The notes beneath the pieces are model-generated. The model was not told where the DNA came from and searched no databases. It saw nothing but the letters and a program-made list of their open reading frames with translations. Made by a program: the position numbers and the translations under genes. From Lingula anatina (lineage: Eukaryota; Animalia; Brachiopoda): a stretch of DNA of 64,000 nucleotides. This document shows, in pieces, positions 50,064-62,482 of this stretch. Every line of letters starts with the position of its first letter. Positions within the stretch are counted from its first letter, which is position 1. The stretch is from the NCBI GenBank assembly GCA_051362555.1, contig CM120640.1, positions 60,242,788 to 60,306,787 on the forward strand, written 5' to 3'.

Positions 50064-53000
50064 CAAAAGCAGTGTACTGAGGTAGTATTTTCTCCCCTGG
50101 GAAGGGGTGTGTGTCTTGTTGGGGGGGGGGGGGGGGGGATTGTCCTAGAATTGGCTCAAATACTGGAAAAATTGCAGCATGTTATGTATTGTGGTTACAG
50201 TATATGTTGATTTATGAGGAACAGGGGTATTGATACTTTTATTTCAACACTGCAGACTCTTAATAGATTGAAGCTCTAGATGAAAATTGCAGTGTAAGAA
50301 TAAGAATTTTGTTACTCCTTCTAAAATGCTTTTATTTATCTCTATCAGATATAGTGCAGCCCAAGAACTAGAGGAGTTTCATAAGAGCCAGCAGGAATGT
50401 GAAATTTGTTTTGAGGAGAAACAAGGATTTGATTTCTTCCGCCTGTCTGATTGTAAGCATCACTTCTGTAGAGAGTGCATGACAGGGTTTTGCCAGATGC
50501 ATGTGAAAGAAGGCACTGTACAGCAGCTCAGGTAGAAAATGCTCAGGATTGGTACTTTTCTTCTTGAATTAAAATTATGTCTTCTTTGGTTTACAAATAG
50601 TACACTCAAAGAAAAATTGAAGAGCAACCAGTTTACCTCCATGTAATATGTGTAGGTTAAGTACATTGCTTAATTCAAATATCATAGAAAGGACTTGTTT
50701 GCTACATATTTAGAATTCATGGTAAAATTTGATACCTACATGCATATTGCAGGTGTCCTAATAATGAGTGCAAAGAAACATTACCACCATTTATAGTAAG
50801 GGAAGTGCTTGGAGAAGAAGAATATATAAGATGGGAAAGACTCCTGCTACAGGTAAACTATTGGTAACTTATTTATATTGGTTGATGAAAAAGGAGCAAT
50901 ACGTTGTGGATTTTACCTATTCATATATGAAAAAAGATCTAAATTAATAATAATAATAATAATATTTATTTCTTTTATAGCGCATTCCATTTTTTACATT
51001 TCAATGCACTTTACAAATAATTAAAAAGTCTAAAAATAACAATACTAAAATACTCTAACATTTACTGATAAAATTAATTAATTAAAGAAAGCAGAGAAAA
51101 TTTATTGATATAACTTTAAAATACTACTAAAATTAACCCAATTATTACTTACGTTTTAAATTAAACATCTTTTTCACGTATGTCACAAATAATTCCATGT
51201 GCATCATTACACAATAGTGATTTGTCACACATGCTGTGCATTTGGTTGTGATGTGCATCACATCTTAATGGTTTCATACAAGATAGGTCATAATATTTCC
51301 AGAGAGCATTGGAAACTCTTGGTGATGTGGACTGGTGTCCAAGGTGCAACAGCCCTGCCACACGAGAAGAAAATTTTGCTCACTGCACATACTGCACATA
51401 CAGTTTCTGTACACAATGCAGGGAACCCTCTCACAAGGTGATATTCCAGTACCTTGTTCACTAAACATTCAGCATGTATTGTATACAATGAATGGAACCC
51501 CCCCTCGCCTTGGCCTTTCCATATCTAAAAATTTGAACTACTTTGTTAGTTATCAACATGGTGACATATGAAGATGAATTAAAAATAAGTTGCCGTATTA
51601 TGTTTCATATACTTAATATAAATACACACAAATAGGAAAGAAATTAATATCCTGGCAAGTCTTATTTATATGAATCAGTTCTGTTAACCTTTCTTGACTA
51701 ATGTTTAGGAGTGCTGCATGATTATTGTGTACTTAATTGTAGGGCAGTAGATGTTCAAGTATAGAGGAAAAAATTCAGAAACTGGAATCAGAAATGAGAG
51801 CTGTTGGCATTGATGAAAATGTACAGTGTTCTCAAAGAAGGAAGCGGGAATTAATCAAAGAATTGCTTCTGTCCAAAGAACAAATTGATAATGAATGCAA
51901 GAGATGTCCAAAATGTCAAGCCCCAATATATAAGTTTAGTGGGTAAGTATATCTTCATTCAGTTTGAGTTCTGAATGTGAGGTTGTGCAGTTACAGGTAC
52001 AGAATTATGTTTGTGTATTTACAGAGTTATGTTCATTCATTATACATTCTTGCATTGGTATGGTCAGTGAAAATTGGTAAAATGTTGGATCTTCTGTCTC
52101 TCTGTCTGTCCAGTCCTCCCAGCCATGCATTTGTTGTGGACCAACATCCATCAGCAATGTCTATTGTCCCAATGACAGTAGTTTTTACTTGAAAAACTGT
52201 GCGAGTCAGTGGAATGATTTTAATCATTATTCTATCAGTTTCAATTGTTTAATTCACTTTCTGTTTTACACAAATTGGAATTTCATGTCTGTTTGTTTCT
52301 CTTTGGACATTAACCCCTGTCCCAGGGATAAGGTTCTTCAGACTAGCGACAGATTTCTGATTTTTTGGGTGGTCCCAGGTGTTGGTGCTTACAACAGTAA
52401 TGACATATTTCTGATATCTGACAATCGGGGGGATTTCTAACTTTTTGGGAGCCAAAAAGTCTCATCCCTGCTGTCCCGTCTTCCTTAAAAAAAACAGATG
52501 TTTGACAAATGTATTTGCTTGACCATTTGAAATCGTGCAGCCTTGTTTGTTTTGTTTTTTTTTTTTTATTTCCAGGTGTAACAAAGTGGTGTGTACCAAT
52601 TGTTCTACAATGATGTGCTTTTTGTGTGGCAAGAAAATTCAAGGATATGATCACTTCCAAGATGCCAAATGTGAGCTATTTGCTATGGAGCCACTTGTGA
52701 TACACAGAAGACAACTACAACCACGCCCCCGACATGAAGTAATTTTTTTCCTCAATCAAATAACTTTTGATGGAATTTGCAGGTGTAGTTCCTTAATTTT
52801 ATGTGCATTTTTAATGGACACCAACAGGCAATTTGAGTCTGGACATTTATGTTATTTATATTTTATTTTATTTTATTTATCTCTCTCTGTTTCATATACA
52901 TATGTTGCACGTAGGTCAGAATTGTACACAATATTAATAAACATTTATCTATTCAAAGGGGGCAGTTCGTGTTGAAGCCCAGTTGGAGGAAGACCCAAAT

Positions 53001-53183
53001 GCAAAGAATAACTTAATGAAGTGTTTGAACTGCAAGCAGCCAAACATAAGGCAAGATAAAAACAACCACATCAAGTGCTGGTGTTGCAAGATAAATATGT
53101 GCTTTATGTGTAAGAAGCGTTTTCAGGAAACTGTTACACAGCACTATACCTCAAGTAAACCATGCCAGCAGCACACTGATTGA
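47348..53183 (+). CDS. RNF14: RBR E3 ubiquitin ligase, RNF14-like (RWD-RING1-IBR-RING2 plus an extra C-terminal Cys-rich module). Exons 47348-47416, 48157-48261, 48846-48987, 49234-49468, 49769-49897, 50349-50531, 50753-50852, 51303-51437, 51743-51942, 52576-52738, 52959-53183
   Basis: RWD: EEQSDEVLALDSIF and HLTPMCLQLTLPNSYPSQEAPSFSLSCLWL. RING1: CEICFEEK..CKHHFCRECM..LRCP. IBR: DVDWCPRC..CTYCTYSFCTQC. RING2: CPKCQAPIYKFSGCNKVVCTNC..CFLCG..YDHF. Confidence 0.88.
47600..47680. repeat. GTAC/TACATGTA-rich degenerate repeat
   Basis: Repeated GTACATGTACTGAG units in RNF14 intron 1. Confidence 0.6.
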
Positions 53184-56100
53184 ATGAGGAGTACAACAGT
53201 TTTTTCATATAGAAAATCTTGTGAAAGCAAGGAGATTAAGTCCCTCGCCAGTAATCAAACTTAATGCAACATTTTATTTATCAACTTGAACAGAGTTCCT
53301 GTGTGCCATTAATACACTCACAAGTTGTAATTTTTCTGACCTCAATTTTTGTTTAGCCCAAGTGCTTTATTATAAAAATTAAAGCACTTTTATACCAGTA
53401 AAAATGAGGTTTTGTGATCTGTAAATACTAAGTGTGTGATATCATGTCATTCTGTGAAAATATAATAATATGTTTTTATCAATAAAATTTTATTTCTGGC
53501 TACCATGTTACCTCTTGCAGCCCCTTTTTTGGGATATTTGTAAGTAAACAAGTTAAATTTTGTACATTTATACCCCTATTGAACAATTATTTTACTTAAA
53601 AACATCACTGTTATACATGTATGTATGGTGCCCAGCGTGAGGCGCAACCGGTACCATACAGATAACCTCTTGCAGTCCTCTTTTTTTTTTTTTGGGGGGG
53701 GGGGCATATTTGTAAATGAGCAAGTTAAATTTATTCACGAGAAGTCATTCTCACAAGTCGTTATTTCCCACAAAATTGGCTAAAAAGCAGTAACCACACT
53801 ACCGGTAGTTATCATTCATCCCCAGAGCGTATGAAAGAATAACTGGATATGAACACATTATTAATCGGATAACCGGCATGTTACTCTGCAGTCTCGAAAA
53901 GGTTTGGTGACTTCGAAATATGTTAATGCGACTCAACACGTTCGTCACACTTAGATTTTGGCTCGTTTCTGCGTTCAAACAAAAGGTGTCCTTAAACCGC
54001 GAGAGGACGAAATATTTCCCTTGTAACAAATTGCCCTTTTAATGGTTTTGCAAACTGTGAAACAAACGCGTTTTTATTGTAGACAGACTACAACACGTTT
54101 AATAAGCAACGTAACTAGGTTTAACTACATTGTAATATACGGATATTGTATCCTACTACTATTCCTAGTTATAATCTAGGCCCCAACATACTAAGCCAAT
54201 CAAGGAGTGAATTCATAAGCAGACATAATAAATGTATGTACCGCGCCGGAATATCTGAAGCAGGATGCACCACTGACAAGTTGTTTTTCTAAATATATAT
54301 TTATATATGATCATTGACGATTTGTATTTCAAATCATTAAACGGAATGTACTAGTAATATGTTCCTGTTATCTTTGAAAATGAAATCACAAAATATTATT
54401 TAAGACTAGGAACGTAACAAGTATTAGGCTACTTCGACCACAAGATATTGTGACTGCCTTATTTTCCCCTTTTCTGGGTGCATGTGTTGTATACTGCCAG
54501 GTTGCCAATGACATTTTTTAAAGAACACTGAGCATTGTATTATCCCACCCAAAGAAAGCCAACATTATATTTTACAGACTTCATTCAAAGTGGTATAAAG
54601 GAAGTCAATGAACTGTAAACAGGCTAACATCTATAATTTGTTGATTGACCTGATGTCAAATGCGTCTGAATGGCAATCTGTTTTGTCAATTGTTTCTTTA
54701 GAGTTTTTGACTACTAGTATGTAAACATCAACGTTTGCATGCATCATTATCGTTGTTTACTGTTTAGGTATTACACCTAGAACAAAACTTTCATTTAAAA
54801 TGCTGCAAATGAATCGGAATGAATATAGATTAGGCCTTCGAGTTAACCTATGCGCGGTACATTGTCTACATGCTTTTTGTTAGGATTTGTTAGCGTTTCA
54901 AACCCGTATAATTGGCCACGTGACATCATAAATTTGTTTACGTGTCCGAGGGTCCTTTTTACTTGGCTTTGTTAAAATTCTGATTAAAACAGAGCTGAGG
55001 CACCAAACAACAAACAGGTGGGGAGTGTGGATATGGACACTACAGAATGTTTCAGTTTGCATCAACAATTTTAATTGCTTAAAAGCTCAGTAATGTAAAG
55101 TTCTCGTTACTACACCGTAGCGGTATTAGTACAGCACTGGCTTTACCGGTACATGTAGCTGTCATAACTGGGTTAAATGCGTTAAAAGTGCACTTCATTA
55201 AGTGTCCCGGCGGAGGTTCACTTCGACCATATTTCGGTTCTTAAACTACAGCTAAGTGTTCTGAGGTGTTGACAGTGTTCCCTTTTCACCGTTCAGTTTG
55301 TTCCAGTTTGCATTATCTAGCTCACTCTTAGATCAGCTACATTTTTGTTGATTATGGTCCGCGCTGCTTAAATTATTTTACGGATGGTCTTCGTAATAGA
55401 TTAATTTCATTCCACGTAGCTGATGTATTGCAATATTCTTGACTGCTGTCTATTGACATTCCGTACAACGTACAACAGTGGTGCAAATGTACATGCAGCA
55501 AATATTTCTGGTTGCAATTGGTATTGATTATATGTCGATATAACTTTACAGCTTGCGTTACCGGCATCCCAGCTAACGCTTTGGAAAAGTTAGTGCTTAA
55601 ATCTTTTTACCGACGCAAAAACTTTTTTGATAATGTTATAAATATGTTATCGATAATACGGTTAAAAGAAACACTTACATAATTTTTTACATGTAATGTT
55701 ATGGCTCTAAACATGGTCAAGATACTGCTATTATATACGCCATTAGTTAACATCAATAGTATTTTTTATGTTATATATATACAATTTATATAAACTCTGC
55801 ATAAATAGTTTATTGGTTTTCATATAAAATAATTGCGTTTAAAAATATCCCTATGATGTTTTAGAAAAAAAACATTAAAAAGCTAATAATAATTAATTGA
55901 AAACGTTTTCAAGGCGTGTGTTAGCTGGGGTCGTAGATCAAAATTACATATTTAAAGGTAAATCACTTAGCCGTTTAGGGCTGGACCTTAAGTGAGGTAC
56001 TAGTAACTGCAAACAACCTCCTCTGTTATGTAGCAGGGATCATACCCATGACCAGTATGCTATTGAAATGTCAATTTTTTCTTTGTATTTCAGATTTTCT

Positions 56101-56406
56101 TTCGTATGTGCTGTATAGTTTATTGGGCGTGATCTAAAAATAACCAATAGACACCACGAATCATTCCCATTATCCTTGCTACCTTGAGACAGCACAGCGC
56201 AACATACAAAGTTAAAAAAAAGTAATAAGAAAACAACTTTAAAGAACAAATACATCTCTCTCGGGACAATACGTGAAAGGTCCAGGGCTAGAGACTGCTC
56301 ACGTTAAGGTAGTTTTAAACGAAGAGGCAAGGTGAAGTTCTTGACATTACAGAAACTATCGAGACTAACACAGTAATAAGACACAAGTAAAAGGAACGAC
56401 TCCAAC

Positions 56407-59400
56407 ATGAGTGGATTAATAATAGAAAATAACAGCACGACTCGTACATATAATCAAGAACTGCAGAACATAAATGATCGCTTTTCCAATTATGTCCAGA
56501 TGGTCCGAAGTATCCGTGATCAAAGCTCCCAAGTGGAGTCAACTGCCTTTCTGACCTCAGTGCAGGTGTTGGAGAAGGAGGTGGTCAAACTCAAGAATAT
56601 GTATGAATACGAACTGGAAAAACTCAGGTAACAACATATCAGTCGATGCACAGATGTACTTTTTAATGTTCCGGGCACACTGAGTCATTGGTTGCACCTG
56701 CTGTGTCTGTCCTTTTTTGCCACTGTAACTTGAAGTTACATATAGAGCGAGCGTAGACATCCAGTATATATGAAGTACTTTTACGTGTTTCTTACATGGC
56801 TAAAATAAAGTCGACATGCCTTTGATATTTCTCCAAGTTGTACTTTTTGAAACTATATGATGCCTTTCAGTTGTTTTTTGTGGCAAGATTTTGACCTTAA
56901 ATGCATCTTTAAAATGAGAAACTTAATATTTTAATACGTCTTAATCTTATACACCTATGCCCATCCGTGTCGTTACAGATGCTGAAACAGTTGTTAATGA
57001 TTCTAGTAGAGCAAACCCCATGGATAATCCCCTCCCTCCGACAATCTCTCCCCAAGACAAACCCCTTCACAGAAAAGAAAAAAGGGTGCTTCTGAATTAT
57101 CTGTTTGAGACATTTATACATTTCTTGAATATTTTACTAATGTAAAAAAGAAGACAGAAAATGACATTGAAATTAGCTATTTTAATAAATGTACGAATTC
57201 GGACAGCTTACTTATGCGCTTAGTGGTGACCTTAAACTATTAAGTGCAATAGATGCAATTTTTGCAAATTTGCCATAACATGACATTTTAAATCAAACAA
57301 ATACTATCATTTCATCAAAAGGATACATGGACGAGTGAGATTATTTCCTTTACACCTGTACCTTGAGATACGTTTTTTTAAAGGCAAACATTTATAATTT
57401 TTCTCAACATCACATTTTTATTCAGAGTATGGTATTCATAACAGGAGGGGGGTTGTCCGAGAGGAGGTTATCCCGGGGGTGGGGGTGGGGTCTTGATACC
57501 GCCAAATATCTGATATTTGCCAAGTTGTATTTTGTTTTACGTTAAATAAAGAAGTTTCCTTTGGCAAAAAGCTGTGTTAGAAAATCCTATTTACTAAAGT
57601 TATTAATATTTATTTATTATTTTGCATAATATTTGCTAGATTCACAGCATAACTGTCATACCGTGTTTTGTTTTACTTAATATCACTTGATTTCTTCCCT
57701 TTTGCAAAAAGGAAGGTAGAATTAGAAAATTATCTTTGTCAAATCATTTTATTGGATTTTTTGTGACGTTCACCACATAAATGTCAAACTATTTTTTTAC
57801 TCGAAATTTGCTAGTAGGTTTGGATAATCAGCATAATAGGTAAATGTTCACAAAATTTATTGGTGGGAATTGTTCGGAATCTAGAGTACCACCAAGCTGA
57901 AAGTAGCTGATAAAATGAACTTTTCCGATATTTCATCGTATATATGCCAAACAAAGATGTGATTTAAGTCATATTTTTTCCATTCTTTAACAGGAGACGC
58001 CTGGATGATGTGAACCATGAAAAGAGCCATTATCAGGCACAGAGCGTGAAAAACGAGAATCTAGCTTCACAGCTTCAGAACCAGCTTCACCAGGAGACAG
58101 ACAAGAGCAACGGCTTGTTTGACCAGTTGAATGTTCTGCACAGGACCATAGCACAAAAAGAGCATGACTTTCAGAGAACTTTGGAGCAATTACAGATGGA
58201 CTACACGAATGTTCTCAGGGAAAACCAGGAATTAAAAAAGAGGTTTGGCATTGACTTGGCACATGGATTCGTTTGTATGTGGTTTAGATAGTAAATTTAA
58301 GGCATTTTAAATAGAGGGCTGTAAGCATCAGATATACTTGGGCACAATCCGACAACTTGCCTCTTCTTCTTCTTCTTCTTCTTCTTCTTCTTCTTCTTCC
58401 TCTTTTTTTTTTTTTTTTTTTTTTTTTGTCCAGTGATACATCTACATCCAAAAAAGGGCCTTGTTTTTTTTACTAAGTGAATTAAATTTGGGCAAATTTT
58501 GCGAAATTGGAAAAGTCAAAGAAATAAAACTCGTCAGATTATGAATCATTTTAGTTTTAACTCGAACTAAGGTACAAAACTAAAACAGAAAAATTCAAAT
58601 AGAACGTTTTGACTATGATTATGATCGTTTGAAATCAATTTTTAAACAAGAATTTTGGTAACTATTTTGCAGCTTATGTGCACAAACGTTGATTTTGACT
58701 TTTGAAAAAAATTGGGTGAAATTATTCTACGTTTTAGGGCGGGTTTGTTTCAAAGTTTCCAATTTCTCACATGTGTTTAGTACTTTTCTTAATCCTTCCC
58801 AATGATAAGAGTTTTTGCCAGAAAAAAGGCTGTGCTATAGCATTTTCACATTTTTGCAGATTTTGAATCTTTCATGATATTTCATTCTGCCATTTCTCAA
58901 TCAGATTTCCATTTTAGTTATTATAATTGATTTGACAGCATTAAAGGCATTGGCTAAAACATACCGAATTCATTTTTCACAGTTCCACAAAAATAATATT
59001 ACAAATGTTCCTAAAATCTGCAGACGTCTACTGGCGAAATAAATTTCTTGATGACACCAAATGGACATGCCTCTCACACTCCTGTAACATTTATACAAGA
59101 CGGTTTTCCATCAACCTTGTCGCTTTTAGATTAAGTCGATGGCTTTATACAATTTAAGAATAATAGTTAAATAAGTAAATACTTGATGAATCAATTAAGA
59201 GACGTGTCAAACGACATGTGTATAAACACCGGTAGCCACTACATGAAACGTGAAATGCACAAGGAAATGAGCCGTATGTGTAGATATTTCAGGTAATGTC
59301 CCAAACACGTTGTATACCTTCTAAATGATATTAAGATCAGAAAAAAATTACCAATGCCATATTTTTTTCCATTTTCAACAGATGTGAACAAGAGACAATC

Positions 59401-61489
59401 AACAGACAGGAGGTAGAGCACAGGAACCGCACGCTTCAAAATAAAATGGATTTTCAACAACATGTGTCAGCTCAGGAGATGAAAGATATCAGGGTGAGGC
59501 TGGACAGCTCTGCTAACACTATTCTTCACCTGGAATCTAAGGTGAAAGAGACAGTAATGACGAACAACAATCTTGTGGAAATGTTACAGAGAGTGAGGGA
59601 GACAGCACAGGCCGAGTTAGACAGATATAAAATCGAATCGGAAGAGAACTTCAGCAGAAATGTAAGTACATAAATATTATATCTAATTATTTTTAGATTA
59701 AAAATTAGATCAAAACCTTTCCTTGTTGTTTGTTAGAGTTTTAGTAAATTATTTCAAGGTAAATTCTCAAAGTTATTTGACTTTAATGAATAATTCCTAG
59801 AATGCTATTATTTCCCTCTATCAGGCTTCTGCCTTAAAGGCACACGTGGAAATTGATCGTCGAAATTTAGAGGCCATGTCTGCTGAAAATACGAAATTGC
59901 GCAGTGAAGTGGATTTGCTGGCAGTCAAGATAAGAACTCTCAGAGAACAGGTAGTGCAGAACTGGTTGCTTTTCTTTGTAGTTATGTTTAACTTAAAAGT
60001 GTGCAGTACTGGACATTTTACGACAAAACGGATTCAAATAGCTCATTGCCTCTAGACGATAGTTTCATGGCCCTTAAGATTGTAACCAACGGGTTCGTCC
60101 AAATGATGAGACCACGTTTGATACTTAGATATGGTACCTCACATTCATGTTTGCCAGTTGCAATAGATCGACAAGCTAACCAGTTTTCATGTCGCATCCA
60201 GCTAGTCAACTCTGACAAACTTTGGAACTCATTTTCTAGCCGATGTCCAGCAGTGATAGAATCACTGTGTAACAATCACTTATGCATAGTTACTTGGATA
60301 CAAAACCTACCACACGCTGTCGTACTGACAAACCAGTTGTTTTTATTTCTCATCTACTATGGTACACGACTGTATGGAACGTTTGCTTAAGTTTTCAGTT
60401 TAATTCAACAGTTTAAGTTTTAAAATCGGTTAGATCTAAAATAATCCTTTGCAAATTACCAAAAGCAATCATTAGATTTTAAAGTCGTTTTTGTCAAATC
60501 AAAATTACAGATGGCATCTTTAGAAACTGAGAAAAAGAACATGGGGGAGATTTTGGAGCAAGAGCGCCAGCGTTCTGCACATCACGTTCAAAGATTGGAG
60601 ATGAAGCTGCAGGAGGTAAATGACTTTCTTTTCCAAAAGATGAAGGAGGTTAATGCTGCTAAAGACGCACAGATCCCACTTAAAGCTGAAATAGAGACAT
60701 TCAAGACTCTGCTAGAAGAAGAGGAGAGAAGGTAAACATTCCTGTTTTGTGATAATACAAATGTTGGTTTTAGATATATCTTTTTCTGCAAGACGTTGTC
60801 ATCAAAGAATGCACAGAATATAAATTCATTAAGATCATGATTATCTTTCAGATTAAAACTACAAATGAATATGGAAAACAGCAAAATAACTCTGCCTCCA
60901 GTGATTTCCACTGCCCCTATCTCAAGAGATCTGAAAGCTCCCCAACTCATCTACACTCCCCATCCTCCCAACAACAACAGCAGGCAGCGCATTACCACCA
61001 ATGCCACCTCTTCACAGATGGTGAAAGCCAGTGGAGACCTTTGGGTTTCGCCAGAGATGAAAGCCACTGGTGTTACTGAAGGAGGCAGCAACAATGCACA
61101 AATTGCCCCAAAAACGGGGAATAAAAAATCGAAGAAAGTTTCTACAACGCATACTGATGTCGAGTGCACGAGATGCCGTAAATGCCGTGCTCCCCTGCAG
61201 AAGTTTGATGGGTGATTTGTCATTTAATTTTATTTTTTATTCAGTTCATTAGCTTGTGAAATAGATTGTAAAAGGAATGTAAATTGGTAAAATCAACATT
61301 CTTTTGTCTGACATTTTAATTTTATTACATTCATGATATCTGTTCATCATCTATTCATTTTCAATTATTTTCAGAGGTAGCAAAGTTGTGTGTAGCAACT
61401 GTTTTACGTGTGTGCACTACATGTGCGGCAAGGCTCTTGGTGGAAACGATCACTTTGAAAACCTCAAGGGTAGCCAAGCAGAATTATAA
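56407..61489 (+). CDS. Intermediate filament protein (long, protostome/lamin-type rod) with an RNF14-RING2-like C-terminal tail. Exons 56407-56627, 57994-58242, 59382-59661, 59825-59950, 60511-60731, 60852-61211, 61375-61489
   Basis: The rod starts with ELQNINDRFSNYVQMVR and ends with LKAEIETFKTLLEEEERRL, spanning about 350 aa. All junctions are GT-AG and phase-compatible. The tail is ECTRCRKCRAPLQKFDG|GSKVVCSNCFTCVHYMCGK..NDHF. Confidence 0.88.
58361..58427. repeat. (CTT)n microsatellite followed by poly-T
   Basis: Directly visible in the sequence. Confidence 0.9.
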
Positions 61490-61719
61490 ACAACCAACAT
61501 AGCTTATATATTTGTAAAAAGGCTATGATGAAATGTCTAACCAGTTAATATTGTGTAAAAACTTGTGACATTCAAAGTAGATACATGAAGAGCGAGAGAA
61601 ATAGCGCCAGTATACGATAATACATTCAGTCTGCACTCACGGAATCAACTGTCTGGAACACCTCAGCTCTGTGTGGGCAACTAGAATAAGGGACAAACAA
61701 GGTTATAAAATACCCTAGT

Positions 61720-62140
61720 TTAAGGATAACAACACTTCATTTTGACGGGAAAATTGTTATCAAACCGTATTTCTTGGGGTAAACCACAATTTCCCCTTGT
61801 TTACCAATGGATAAAGAATCCGTTCCAACATTCAAAGTTGGCCGATTATTTTAAATTAAACTTTTAATAAATTATTATTATTTTAAAATTTATGTTATTT
61901 TATTCATATATTATTATTAATATTAATAATAATATTCATATTATTTTTTTTAATTAAACTTTTAACAAATTATTACGGAGGGTAGCAATCTATGAAGGTC
62001 CACGTGGTCCAATGGCAAGCACAGATTTCAGAATAATTGCGATAAACGCCGTTTTGGTGGTAAAATGATATTTATTATATTTGTTTACAATGATTTATTG
62101 TGGAATTTTGAATTTCATGTGGAGAGTTGTTATATCGTTG
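61720..62140. mobile_element. Diverged relative of the 13553-14182 element
   Basis: Shared blocks in the same order: CTTCATTTTG..AAAATT, TTACCAATGG..CATTCAAAGTT, GCCGTTTT.GTGGTAAAAT, TTGTTTACAATG and GAATTTTGAAT..GAGTT.TTAT. Confidence 0.55.
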
Positions 62141-62244
62141 ACTTGATTGATTTGCTTTTCTTCAGATGTAGGCCTACATGTAATAATTCTGTTTTAATAT
62201 AAGTGATTTTTTTAACGTTATATAAAGAATCTAATGGTCAGTAA

Positions 62245-62482
62245 AGCCTAGGTCCCAATCGAACGTACGGGCTGCTACGTGTGGTCTACGGCCGAAAAAA
62301 AGGGGAAAACGTGGGAGTTCGTGCGTGAGGAGCACGTCCATCGTGCGACATTTGGAGGATGCAAAGAGCACATAGAAACTTTTCGACATGATCAACAGCC
62401 GTTACGTGCGATCTAGCTACGTCCTAGCCGGACGCAAGGAACCTAAAAATCGTGCGTCCAAAACGCAGTTGGGACCTAGGCT
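62245..62482. mobile_element. Tourist-like (PIF/Harbinger) MITE
   Basis: Perfect 14-bp TIRs AGCCTAGGTCCCAA / TTGGGACCTAGGCT, flanked by TAA on both sides (62242-62244 and 62483-62485). Confidence 0.85.

Noticed and set aside
56407-61489. Nuclear lamin call
   Set aside because: There is no Ig-fold lamin tail, no CaaX terminus and no SPTR head motif. A short KKSKK basic patch is insufficient.
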